The notes below the pieces were generated by a model. It was not told the DNA's origin. It saw only the letters and a list, made by a program, of their open reading frames with translations, and did not search any database. This document shows positions 30,672-39,574 of a DNA stretch of 64,000 bases, piece after piece. The stretch is from IMG/VR virus record IMGVR_UViG_3300027917_004314, one strand, 5' to 3'. How positions within the stretch are numbered: the stretch's first letter is position 1; each line of letters opens with the position of its first letter. Source of the DNA: a virus. Taxonomy: Duplodnaviria; Caudoviricetes. The translations under genes and the position numbers were made by a program.

Positions 30672-31150
30672 AGGATAAAATCATGGCAAAAGAAGGAAAT
30701 GCGTTAGTTAGTAAGACTATATTGATAGTGTCACTGTGTGTGCTTGGGCTTGTTGCAGCGGTAGCCGGCGGATATTTATTGTGTGATCATCTCTGGGCTG
30801 GTGCGACTTGCAGCGAAGAAAGTCGTATACAATTATCAGCAAAGATGATAACAGATTTTGAGCAAGGCAAAGCGTTGTTTTGTGATTTATCAGAAGACGA
30901 AAGATTTGCGATTTGTCCCACTTATAGACTAACTGAGAAGTTTGACGATGGTGGTACAATTACAACGTACATATGTAGCCATACCACAGCGTATGCAGAG
31001 ACGCGCGATTTGGGTACGGAATCTAGGGCTAAGATTAATGAAAAATTAGAACTTTTTAGAGAAGTGGCAGATATCGAGGCTCATTGTACTACTAAAAGAG
31101 GAGTGGTGTACAAAATTGTCCAAGATGCACAAGAACCGACATTATACTAA
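30668..31150 (+). CDS. hypothetical membrane-anchored protein
   Basis: N-terminal hydrophobic helix; ATGA overlap. Confidence 0.7.
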   Translation: MKDKIMAKEGNALVSKTILIVSLCVLGLVAAVAGGYLLCDHLWAGATCSEESRIQLSAKMITDFEQGKALFCDLSEDERFAICPTYRLTEKFDDGGTITTYICSHTTAYAETRDLGTESRAKINEKLELFREVADIEAHCTTKRGVVYKIVQDAQEPTLY

Positions 31151-31424
31151 TGATTCGACGGGCCAGATACCACAAATACTCGAGAGTCTAATGAAAGCTC
31201 TGCACGATTTAGAAGTTGTGATGGAAAATTCTGCAGTTAAGGATAACCCAAGAGTGCAAGCTGCTAGAGAGAAACTGATCGAAACCATAAGGAAAGAAGT
31301 AGTTGCCACAGCAGACTTGGCCGCGTCAATTAAATTGGCCTATCCGCTATTAGAGCAACTGCAGAATGTTATGCCGGTCTCGTTTCCGTTTTCTAAAAAG
31401 GAAGATGATGAGGATAAATCCTAA
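31116..31424 (+). CDS. hypothetical protein (true start uncertain, possibly 31191)
   Basis: Helical ORF filling the operon. Confidence 0.55.
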   Translation: MSKMHKNRHYTNDSTGQIPQILESLMKALHDLEVVMENSAVKDNPRVQAAREKLIETIRKEVVATADLAASIKLAYPLLEQLQNVMPVSFPFSKKEDDEDKS

Positions 31425-31444
31425 CAGGGAGTGTCTACGGGATT

Positions 31445-31858
31445 TTGAAAAAAATCTTTCCGGCGCACAAGCCAAAACAATTGGAGTTTATTCAGCAGCG
31501 ACATACCAAGGATTGTGGTGTGGCTTGCGCAGCTATGCTCGCAGATCGAATGTATAAAGAGATAGAAGCTATTTTCCATATTTTAGAGAAATCTACAAGA
31601 AGCATATATCCCGATGATGTATTTGAAGTGTTGGATGAAATTGGCTATGACTATGATGAGGTGGCTCATCTGCCAAAAAGAGGCAGAGCGCTCGTAGCCA
31701 TAGAATGGAAAAATGAAGGTTTTACTGGCCATTATGTCGTTTGGGATAGTTCAAGGGGTCAATTTTTAGATCCCTTGCACGGTGTAATGGGCAAAAGAGA
31801 GATGCTGAAGTATGCTTCTATTGATTATATATGGAGAATAATAAGGAGAAAGAAGTGA
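31445..31858 (+). CDS. peptidase C39-like cysteine protease domain
   Basis: QQRHTKDCGVACAAM and GHYVVWD catalytic motifs. Confidence 0.8.
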   Translation: MKKIFPAHKPKQLEFIQQRHTKDCGVACAAMLADRMYKEIEAIFHILEKSTRSIYPDDVFEVLDEIGYDYDEVAHLPKRGRALVAIEWKNEGFTGHYVVWDSSRGQFLDPLHGVMGKREMLKYASIDYIWRIIRRKK

Positions 31859-32106
31859 AGCTGCTTAACGTAAAAAAATTGAAAAAAACCTCTGAGTATT
31901 CGATCTCTACGGCGAGTCCAATATTCAGGATAAAGGTTGTTAAGAAAGAACCATTAAAAATGCCCACAGCCTTCTCTTTTTTTATTCAGTATGTGTATGG
32001 CGTGGAGATCATACCATCATATAGAACTATACAAAAGAGCCAACGGGCTCTGAACAGAAAAGGTATGGGTAATATAGATGAGATTAATAAATACGAAAAA
32101 AGGTAA
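31855..32106 (+). CDS. hypothetical protein (VKLLNVKK N-terminus)
   Basis: AAGGAG RBS, GTGA overlap. Confidence 0.6.
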   Translation: MKLLNVKKLKKTSEYSISTASPIFRIKVVKKEPLKMPTAFSFFIQYVYGVEIIPSYRTIQKSQRALNRKGMGNIDEINKYEKR

Positions 32107-32662
32107 TCAACAACTCATAAGGCTCGTTGGACTGACCCCGGGAACTAGACTGGGCATATATTATGCCGATGCTATTGGCAGCGATAGAATTTTGTACACA
32201 GAATTTGCGGTCGGAAATATTGGAGATTATAATACGGCTCAAAGTAAAATAGTTCTTCTAAAAGATTACTTTAGAAGTGTGAGTCCGCTTCCCAGGGACA
32301 TACCAAAAAAAGGCGTCCTGAGAATTAGAAACCCTGACTCTGGTGCGTATATGAGGTTCCCGTATTGGTCAGTAAACAGGGCATCTAATATATTTTTTCT
32401 TAATAATGCTATCGGAAATATAACTGGTGGCAAAGATTTAGTAGAGGGACGCGAAGTGTTCATACCGTTTGTTGAACAACAAATCGTTGAAGGGTCAGAA
32501 ATATCTTATACAATTCAAAACGATGGCCAAGATATATCTGTGGTTATTAGGGCTAGAAAAAAAGGTTATCTCCCCATGCAACGGATAGCTTCCGCATCAA
32601 CATATATGCTCTTGAACCAACAAATCGACCCGATCTTTGAGCCGCTTGACAACCGCTCGTAA
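32078..32662 (+). CDS. hypothetical protein (MRLINTKK N-terminus)
   Basis: 194-aa ORF. Confidence 0.7.
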   Translation: MRLINTKKGNQQLIRLVGLTPGTRLGIYYADAIGSDRILYTEFAVGNIGDYNTAQSKIVLLKDYFRSVSPLPRDIPKKGVLRIRNPDSGAYMRFPYWSVNRASNIFFLNNAIGNITGGKDLVEGREVFIPFVEQQIVEGSEISYTIQNDGQDISVVIRARKKGYLPMQRIASASTYMLLNQQIDPIFEPLDNRS

Positions 32663-32702
32663 AGACTTATGTTATTAAGACTATAACATAAGGAGGCAAG
32701 AA

Positions 32703-33443
32703 ATGATGATGAAAATTAATAATATAGAACAAGCTCTTGAGATTATTGCAGAAAGTATCAGGCAGTCAACAGTGAGTGTAGAAATTCTCGCACCAGGTGC
32801 TAGTTCAAAAGAACAGCTGCTACATATCGTACATCAAATCAAGAAAGAAATATTCTGGAAAAGCATACGGTTAATGGCTTTTGGTGTGTTATTCCCAGAC
32901 AAAATATATCGCTCTAAAAAGAAAGAGTTCAAGAAAATCAAACGAGCCTGCAAGTTTATACTTAAATATAAGGGCTTGGACGAATATTTAGGAAAATTAT
33001 CATGGACGCATTTATTCGAGTTTGGCCCGTTTGCAAATGTTAGTTGGGTGCTTAAATACTATAGTTCTGGTGATTTACAAAGATCACAATCCAAATATAG
33101 AAGTGCAGATTCTAAAGGGCGTCCGCTTTTTGGTGGGTGTTTTGAGCGTTCTGGAGCAAAGTTAAAAGAGAATGAAACATACAGAGTGATCAGAATTGTT
33201 GATGAAAAAACAGGCCAAGACACATTTACAGTAGAAAAAAGGGAAAAGACACCGATAGAACAGAGACTTAAGATGCTTCCGATGTCTGCAACTATAGTAG
33301 TGTCCGAAAACGATAATATAATGATTGTCAAAAACATCTTAGAAGAGACACTAAAACAACTAAATCTGGAGCTTAATAAAGATTCAGAAGAAAAAATTGT
33401 CAAAAATGTGAGCAAAAAGATGGGGTTTCATGAAGATGAATGA
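32703..33443 (+). CDS. hypothetical protein
   Basis: AAGGAGG RBS. Confidence 0.75.
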   Translation: MMMKINNIEQALEIIAESIRQSTVSVEILAPGASSKEQLLHIVHQIKKEIFWKSIRLMAFGVLFPDKIYRSKKKEFKKIKRACKFILKYKGLDEYLGKLSWTHLFEFGPFANVSWVLKYYSSGDLQRSQSKYRSADSKGRPLFGGCFERSGAKLKENETYRVIRIVDEKTGQDTFTVEKREKTPIEQRLKMLPMSATIVVSENDNIMIVKNILEETLKQLNLELNKDSEEKIVKNVSKKMGFHEDE

Positions 33444-33741
33444 TAGGCTTAAAGAGTGGTTTGATACGAAAGGAAGAAGACTGGCTGAACTAAAAGCTGC
33501 TGGCGGCCAGGAGTATATGATTTTGGGGTACACGGAAAAGCTCACTAAAAAAGAGCTTGAAGAATTTAAGACTCTTGGAATACAAATGGATGCGCTTATC
33601 TGGGCGTTCATGCCGGACAATCTCGATGATCAAGAAAATTATATCCTAGAAATTAAAGAATTCTTTTCTGATATAGAAGATCCGTATTTTAAAGCAAAAG
33701 AGATTGTGAAAGGCAAAAAACTACCTAGAGGATACGCTTAA
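33430..33741 (+). CDS. hypothetical protein
   Basis: Coupled ORF. Confidence 0.65.
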   Translation: MKMNDRLKEWFDTKGRRLAELKAAGGQEYMILGYTEKLTKKELEEFKTLGIQMDALIWAFMPDNLDDQENYILEIKEFFSDIEDPYFKAKEIVKGKKLPRGYA

Positions 33742-33930
33742 ATGGCAAAAGTCATAAATTCTAAGGAGATAAGGGCCAAAAAACTTGTTGATGCTCTTAT
33801 CAAATCTATATCAAGACACTTCCAAAAACATCTGAATAAGTGTGTTGGTGATATCGCCACTGATCCCAACGGAAATTTTGATGTTTTCACCGATCCTATT
33901 TTACCCAAAAATAATAATAAAAAGTTATAA
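33742..33930 (+). CDS. hypothetical protein (MAKVINSK N-terminus)
   Basis: Abuts the previous stop. Confidence 0.6.
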   Translation: MAKVINSKEIRAKKLVDALIKSISRHFQKHLNKCVGDIATDPNGNFDVFTDPILPKNNNKKL

Positions 33931-33952
33931 ACATTGAGGAGGGTTATGGAAT

Positions 33953-34174
33953 TTGACAACTGTAATCAATAGTTCACAAAAAATATCTTATAAGGTTTAT
34001 GTAAGAGGTGTGGGCATGCGAATGGTTACGTTTGAGACGCTCCGGGTACCATGGTGGTACCGCATATTTCGGAAGCCAAATGGCAGGTTAATAGCGCTCG
34101 AAGAAATGGATGAGGGTTATCGAAGAGGGTGGAGCTTCGTGGCTTCGATCTTGATACCAGACGAATTAAAATGA
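33953..34174 (+). CDS. hypothetical protein
   Basis: GAGGAGG upstream; TTG start. Confidence 0.5.
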   Translation: MTTVINSSQKISYKVYVRGVGMRMVTFETLRVPWWYRIFRKPNGRLIALEEMDEGYRRGWSFVASILIPDELK

Positions 34175-34335
34175 AATTATTAAATGCGGGCAAACCATTG
34201 CTAATACATGAGTTAAAACAATGCCATGAATGCAAGCATATCTTTGTTTACAGTAGAAACATTATCAACCCCAAGCTAAATAAAATACTAATATATTGTC
34301 CAAATTGTGGGTATAAGATACGCATTTATCTATGA
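34171..34335 (+). CDS. zinc-ribbon protein (MKLLN family)
   Basis: ATGA overlap; CHEC...CPNC. Confidence 0.7.
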   Translation: MKLLNAGKPLLIHELKQCHECKHIFVYSRNIINPKLNKILIYCPNCGYKIRIYL

Positions 34336-34595
34336 GATGTTTTAATCCAAATAATAAAAACAGAGCCATAGTAAAAGAATTTTTCTGGACTTCTCAGTTT
34401 AATTGGCAGGGCAATAGGTATGTCAGCGCGGGTTCACATACGTTTACAGTAAAGTATCTTTGCCCCCGCTGTCGGTATCGGTCAGTGCAGATTACAGAAT
34501 ATGATGACGATGGGCCGTGGGAAATCGAATGCCCGCACTGTGGTCTTGATGTATTTATTCCGGCATCCGCCGAATTGACTAATAGGAAAAGATAA
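34332..34595 (+). CDS. zinc-ribbon protein
   Basis: CPRC...CPHC; ATGA overlap. Confidence 0.7.
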   Translation: MRCFNPNNKNRAIVKEFFWTSQFNWQGNRYVSAGSHTFTVKYLCPRCRYRSVQITEYDDDGPWEIECPHCGLDVFIPASAELTNRKR

Positions 34596-34936
34596 TGAAA
34601 GAAAAGAATAGCAACGACATATATATCAAAAAGATATCTGACAATCCAATACAAAATGGGCCAGATGAAAAGGATGCTTCGGATTTATATGTTACTTCTC
34701 CGTATCCATGGACACCAGTGTATGATATAGGCTCCTCAAAGGCAGAATATGTGCCCAGATGTGTTTCAATAAAGTTGCAGTTTTATTGTCCTACATGCTT
34801 TTCTATGTTTGTAATAGAACGTTCATATTTTAGGACAACTGATAAAATGACTTGTTTTTGTGGGACTAAGCTAAAATTTGAGAAGGCGCAGTGTTTTCGT
34901 ATGAGGAACGAGGAGTTTTTTTATGAAATTGCTTAA
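34595..34936 (+). CDS. zinc-ribbon protein
   Basis: CPTC...CFC. Confidence 0.65.
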   Translation: MKEKNSNDIYIKKISDNPIQNGPDEKDASDLYVTSPYPWTPVYDIGSSKAEYVPRCVSIKLQFYCPTCFSMFVIERSYFRTTDKMTCFCGTKLKFEKAQCFRMRNEEFFYEIA

Positions 34937-35108
34937 TGCAAAACGGAAATCTGAGAAATATGAAAGATTAGAAAAAAGTCTAAATATGTTAGTGGAAGAC
35001 GGTTATATAAAGGGCTGGAAAGATCTAAAGATTGATGGTAACGGTATATCGTATACAATAGTGCCTGTCGAACCTGTGAAATTCTGGGTATGTGACATAA
35101 AACTGTGA
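34923..35108 (+). CDS. hypothetical protein (MKLLNAK N-terminus)
   Basis: Coupled ORF. Confidence 0.6.
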   Translation: MKLLNAKRKSEKYERLEKSLNMLVEDGYIKGWKDLKIDGNGISYTIVPVEPVKFWVCDIKL

Positions 35109-35265
35109 GATTACTAAACTCCAGAGGCGGAACAGTAGTTGTGTCGCTTGCGAAAAATGTGCAGCAGCATTATATTTTTATATACGCCGGAATTATAAAA
35201 ATGCAAGCACATCTGTTTTTTGTCCATCTTGTGGGCAAGATTTGCTTGTGACCATAAAATCATGA
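35105..35265 (+). pseudogene. frameshifted MKLLN-family zinc-ribbon gene
   Basis: The GTG frame gives VRLLNSRG; the CEKC...CPSC ribbon lies in the -1 frame, which has no start codon and ends at TGA 35265. Confidence 0.55.
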
Positions 35266-35474
35266 GGGTTTTGAATAAAAAAACAAAAGTCCTGACATTT
35301 GACGAAGAACAAGACGATCCGCCTAATGGATTCCATTTTTTCTTGTCATGTCATTGTTTCCATTGTGCAGAAATGATTTATATCTACTGCAATAAAACGA
35401 AGCCGCGAAGATTTAATACGAATTGCCCATCTTGCGGGGCGGCAGCAAGTTGGTTTACTTCCCATGGATCATGA
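35262..35474 (+). CDS. zinc-ribbon protein (MRVLNKK), paralog 1
   Basis: CFHC..MIYIYC...CPSC. Confidence 0.75.
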   Translation: MRVLNKKTKVLTFDEEQDDPPNGFHFFLSCHCFHCAEMIYIYCNKTKPRRFNTNCPSCGAAASWFTSHGS

Positions 35475-35725
35475 AGATATTAAATAGCAAAATAAAAGTT
35501 CTGTCTTTCGTTAGCACAATTACAACTCACGAAGGTTTCTTTTTTTGGGGTAGTTGGACGTGTGACAGCTGCGATAAGAAAATGTTTATATACTGTAGTC
35601 ACAAGGGTCCTCATAAGTGGCTAAAAACACAATGCCCGCATTGCTCCGAGAAAGTATTTATAATGACGGTTCATGGGATTTTCGATGCACTTTCCACCAA
35701 GCTGGCCAAAACGCACAAATTATGA
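35471..35725 (+). CDS. zinc-ribbon protein (MKILNSK), paralog 2
   Basis: CDSC.KKMFIYC...CPHC. Confidence 0.75.
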   Translation: MKILNSKIKVLSFVSTITTHEGFFFWGSWTCDSCDKKMFIYCSHKGPHKWLKTQCPHCSEKVFIMTVHGIFDALSTKLAKTHKL

Positions 35726-35913
35726 AACTCCTGAACTCAAAAGTAAAAATTACGGTATTCGCAAAAAGAAAAACTCCATATCACGGCTTTCGACTTATCT
35801 GGGCCAGCAAATGTTGGGGCTGCAAAAAAGAAATGTACGTCTACTGTAACAAGAAATGCTCCTCGCCTTTTTGGTTTAATTGTCCCCATTGCAACTTCCC
35901 TTATTACGTATAA
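35722..35913 (+). CDS. zinc-ribbon protein (MKLLNSK), paralog 3
   Basis: CWGCKKEMYVYC...CPHC. Confidence 0.75.
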   Translation: MKLLNSKVKITVFAKRKTPYHGFRLIWASKCWGCKKEMYVYCNKKCSSPFWFNCPHCNFPYYV

Positions 35914-35924
35914 CCTATTAATAA

Positions 35925-35944
35925 CCTAGCATAATTATGCTAGG
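35925..35944. promoter_or_regulatory. perfect 20-bp palindrome CCTAGCATAATTATGCTAGG (operator or hairpin candidate)
   Basis: In the intergenic gap before the topoisomerase polyprotein, flanked by TATTAATA on both sides. Confidence 0.45.
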
Positions 35945-35978
35945 AGTATATTAATATTACGGCTGGTGGATTTAAATA

Positions 35979-38636
35979 ATGGTTTTTTACATCTCTAAAA
36001 GAGCTGGGGAAGTTGTTGAATTCCCTGAGAAAACACAACAAATGCATCGTTTCAGGACGGCTCCAGATACTAGTATTCACAAGTATTTTCACCCAGAAAA
36101 TTTTACAACATGGGATGACTACCTGACAGACGACCCTAAAATGGATCCTGCTGAATATATACATACATGGAAGGTATTTCATTTTGCAGATGGCACTGTA
36201 GCTGCGTCTCTTAACGTGCGCGGCGACCAAAAAACGTTCTCTTTGTATCTGCAATGGCCTGATTTCTTTGGGAAAGCTTTTCCGGCTGCCCAGACTAGAG
36301 ATGATACTTATATCATAAATTTTGAAAATCAGCCGATTTACATGCTCCCTGTTCTGTTAAAGAGTTTAAACCCTCTCCTGCGGGCTGTCAGCGCCTATGA
36401 GGCATATGTGGAAGAGGATGATGAGTATGAAGCGGACGATGATACAGCAAAGTCAGATCTTACAGATCTCAGAAAATATTTCCCCGTTTCTACTTTTGCT
36501 ACCATGGACGCCGATAAACCAGAATGGTTTATTAACAAATATGAAGCGAATGAAATCAAAGCACGTTTGCGTTTCGAAGAAGGAGACGTTACGTTTATCG
36601 TTGCAAGAGCTATTTTCTCAGATATATTCGGTTTTCGACTCGCATGGCCGCAATCTTTTCGAATGGGCGGTTTTAAAGAAAATGAATCACAAAGTAGTGT
36701 GTTTCATGGCACTAGCCTTAAAAAAGAAGAGTTCGAAGAACTCCTGCCGCAAATTTACGATTTGATTGGTGAATTTACATTGAAAAAAGAGCTGGAACGC
36801 CCACAGCGTCCAGTTCAACGACTAGAATCGCTTTTACCCAAGGAATTGTTTAGAGGATGGGATTTTGTAGAGTATTATAGCCACGTGTTGAATGCTTCTA
36901 TTTCCCGCCCTACCTTTCACTTATTAATAACATATGAACCAAAAATGTTAAGCGTGCCTGGCTTTTATGAAATCCGAGTCGGGCCGGCAGCACATAATAT
37001 CTGGACAGAAACAGAAGATGAGTTCCCTTCAGAAAAATTGCTCAAATTAATAAAAACAAAAGGCGAAGAAAATCAGCCGGTAAAACTACAAAATCAGCAT
37101 TTTCCAATATCTAAGCGCGCTAAATCAAAATATATCGAAAAAAAAGAAGAAGAATCCGGCAATATAACATATATCTACTCGGAAAAACACATCAAAGAAA
37201 GAAATAAGAAAAAAGCTAAGAAAATCTTGGAACTAGAAAAATCTATCAAAGATGTGAGAAAACAGGTCCAAAAAGATATCTCATCCAAAGAACCTGTGCT
37301 CGAAGATATAGCCGCCGTCGTTGGACTGATCGATGATACATACGAAAGAGTGGGAAACCCAAGCTCCGCTAAAGAAGATCACCACGGCGTTACAACCTGG
37401 AGAAAGAAACACGTCACGTTCTCCAAAGGAAAAGCTACTATTAAATATGTAGGAAAATCCGGCGTCAAACAAGAAAAAATTGTGGAATCAAACCCCCTCG
37501 TCGCTGCTCTTAAAAGAGCTATAAAAGATAAAAAACCAAATGATGAAATATTTCCTGATATTAATGGCAGACTGGTAAACCTTTACCTTAAACCTTATAA
37601 TATAACTGCCAAAGATATAAGAGGATTCCACGCCAACGAAGAGATGAAAAAAGCTCTTAAATCAAATAGGAATGGAACTCTACCAAAAGATCAAAAGGAG
37701 AAAGAGAAGAAGCTTAAAGAAGAGTTCAAAGAAGCTTTAGAAATAGCCGCAAAAAAAGTAGGACACGAGCCCGCTACCCTTAAAAACCAATATCTTATCC
37801 CATCTATAGAAGAACATTATCTAACTTCCGGCAAAATTAAAGTGCAAGCACAACTTAAACTTGCCCAAGAATTAGACCTCAGAAAATTGTTCCCACCGGC
37901 AACATTTGGAAGTATGGGAGGAGATAAAATCTGGAAATTTGTGATTTTTGAGCCAAATGCGGTAGTTACCAACTTATTTACGAAACATGGCTCAATGGAG
38001 TTTTATGTAAAGCTCTCAACCCACGAGAATAAATATATTCTACATATTGATTGGCCCAAACATTACGATATTAAAGGATTAAAAACGCTACCACTAAAAC
38101 CGGATGAGTCCAAAATAGGACAGAGGCTCTTCGGACCACAAGGCTGGGTCCAAATTGATGACTATATAACACAAGATCAATTGTTGAACCTTGTCCCAGA
38201 AATCCATGAACTTATTGGATCTTTAACGCTTGAAACAGAAAAAGAGCTAGAACATGTCGAAAATATGATCGAAAGAGTATTTCCTCATAATGTTTTCGAA
38301 GGTTGGAGCTTAATATATGATAAACTAGCACATAGATATACATTGTCAGGAAATACTTTTTCTCCAACATGCCACTTTTCTATATCAGAATTTCCAAGCC
38401 GCGATGCGTTCTATGTCTCGATAAGTTGGCCAAGAGATTTGGGAAGACTCCTAGTACCCACTAGTAGATCAAAACATGAGTTTACATCTGGTGGATATAT
38501 GTCGTTCGACGACGAAGATAAATTAGATAAGCTTAAGAAAGTGATCAAATACCTTGGAGATTTGGCTAAAGCAAATACCCTAGATCTACCAGAACCAGAA
38601 CCGCTTCAACAGGAGAACCCTGAACCAGAACAATGA
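35979..38636 (+). CDS. multidomain protein: type IB DNA topoisomerase (about 37122-37850) embedded between novel repeat domains
   Basis: Topo IB catalytic residues in order: YERVGN (R), VGKSG (K), AKDIRG (R), VGHEPAT (H), NQYLIP (Y); also HHGVTTW..KHV. Confidence 0.85.
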   Translation: MVFYISKRAGEVVEFPEKTQQMHRFRTAPDTSIHKYFHPENFTTWDDYLTDDPKMDPAEYIHTWKVFHFADGTVAASLNVRGDQKTFSLYLQWPDFFGKAFPAAQTRDDTYIINFENQPIYMLPVLLKSLNPLLRAVSAYEAYVEEDDEYEADDDTAKSDLTDLRKYFPVSTFATMDADKPEWFINKYEANEIKARLRFEEGDVTFIVARAIFSDIFGFRLAWPQSFRMGGFKENESQSSVFHGTSLKKEEFEELLPQIYDLIGEFTLKKELERPQRPVQRLESLLPKELFRGWDFVEYYSHVLNASISRPTFHLLITYEPKMLSVPGFYEIRVGPAAHNIWTETEDEFPSEKLLKLIKTKGEENQPVKLQNQHFPISKRAKSKYIEKKEEESGNITYIYSEKHIKERNKKKAKKILELEKSIKDVRKQVQKDISSKEPVLEDIAAVVGLIDDTYERVGNPSSAKEDHHGVTTWRKKHVTFSKGKATIKYVGKSGVKQEKIVESNPLVAALKRAIKDKKPNDEIFPDINGRLVNLYLKPYNITAKDIRGFHANEEMKKALKSNRNGTLPKDQKEKEKKLKEEFKEALEIAAKKVGHEPATLKNQYLIPSIEEHYLTSGKIKVQAQLKLAQELDLRKLFPPATFGSMGGDKIWKFVIFEPNAVVTNLFTKHGSMEFYVKLSTHENKYILHIDWPKHYDIKGLKTLPLKPDESKIGQRLFGPQGWVQIDDYITQDQLLNLVPEIHELIGSLTLETEKELEHVENMIERVFPHNVFEGWSLIYDKLAHRYTLSGNTFSPTCHFSISEFPSRDAFYVSISWPRDLGRLLVPTSRSKHEFTSGGYMSFDDEDKLDKLKKVIKYLGDLAKANTLDLPEPEPLQQENPEPEQ

Positions 38637-39574
38637 TTAAATATATCTCGCAAAAATTGTCCATACCAGAAAGATATCTGAAAACTCTATCCCAACAACA
38701 ATTAAAGAATATCAAGATCCTAGTGGACCTGAATAAACTAAAAGAGGCTAGAGACCTATATGTCAAATATCAGATCCAAAACTACCGACAGAAAAAAGCC
38801 ATGTCTAAACGAGCAATAGAAGTTGTTAATGTTACTCGTAAAATGCCAGAAGAAGTCGAAGAACAAGAAAAAGAAATGGAAGAATGGTCTCAACAAAAAG
38901 GCTTCGACCTAAGAGAATTGTTCCCAAAAGAAGCATTCGTTATGCCTCAATGGGAATTTGCAGTTTTTAATACATACCAAGTATGGGCAGATACCATCGG
39001 AGGCCTTAGCCCATCTAAAGATCCAGAATACAATATACATAAAAGAATCGAATTTCTGGCGGAAGCTACATCGCCGTCCCGACAACCATACCCTAAAAAT
39101 GCTACGTTTATGATATATATGAGCTTTCCCAAAATAGCTAATATGGAAAGTAGTGTGTTCGAAATAGAAAAAGGATACGCAGGAATAGAATTTGTCCGCA
39201 TCGAAGACCTTAATTTAGAACAATTGAAAAAACTGGCGCCCTATATATTGAATTTCATTAATAAAGCTAGCTCTCGTGTTCTTGCAGTAAAAGCATATAA
39301 GGATTTCCCGCTGTCTAAACGAGCAGGAGAAATAATACCCTTCCCAACAAAAGAAACCGAAACCATACAATCCGAACCCGCTCAAATTCTGCCCCTACCA
39401 AAAATTAAACAGAAAAAACTCAAAGGTTTCATGGATCTAACTATCGATTACCTGAAATCTATTATAGATAAATACCAGAGCGGAGAAATGTCAGCAGCAG
39501 AATTCGCTAGCAGATTGACGTACCTCGCCGCCGAAACCCAAGAACATATGTTTGATGAACCTATAAAAACATGA
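38633..39574 (+). CDS. repeat-domain protein with SKRA motifs (putative internal head protein)
   Basis: DLRELFPKEAF unit; two SKRA motifs. Confidence 0.75.
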   Translation: MIKYISQKLSIPERYLKTLSQQQLKNIKILVDLNKLKEARDLYVKYQIQNYRQKKAMSKRAIEVVNVTRKMPEEVEEQEKEMEEWSQQKGFDLRELFPKEAFVMPQWEFAVFNTYQVWADTIGGLSPSKDPEYNIHKRIEFLAEATSPSRQPYPKNATFMIYMSFPKIANMESSVFEIEKGYAGIEFVRIEDLNLEQLKKLAPYILNFINKASSRVLAVKAYKDFPLSKRAGEIIPFPTKETETIQSEPAQILPLPKIKQKKLKGFMDLTIDYLKSIIDKYQSGEMSAAEFASRLTYLAAETQEHMFDEPIKT

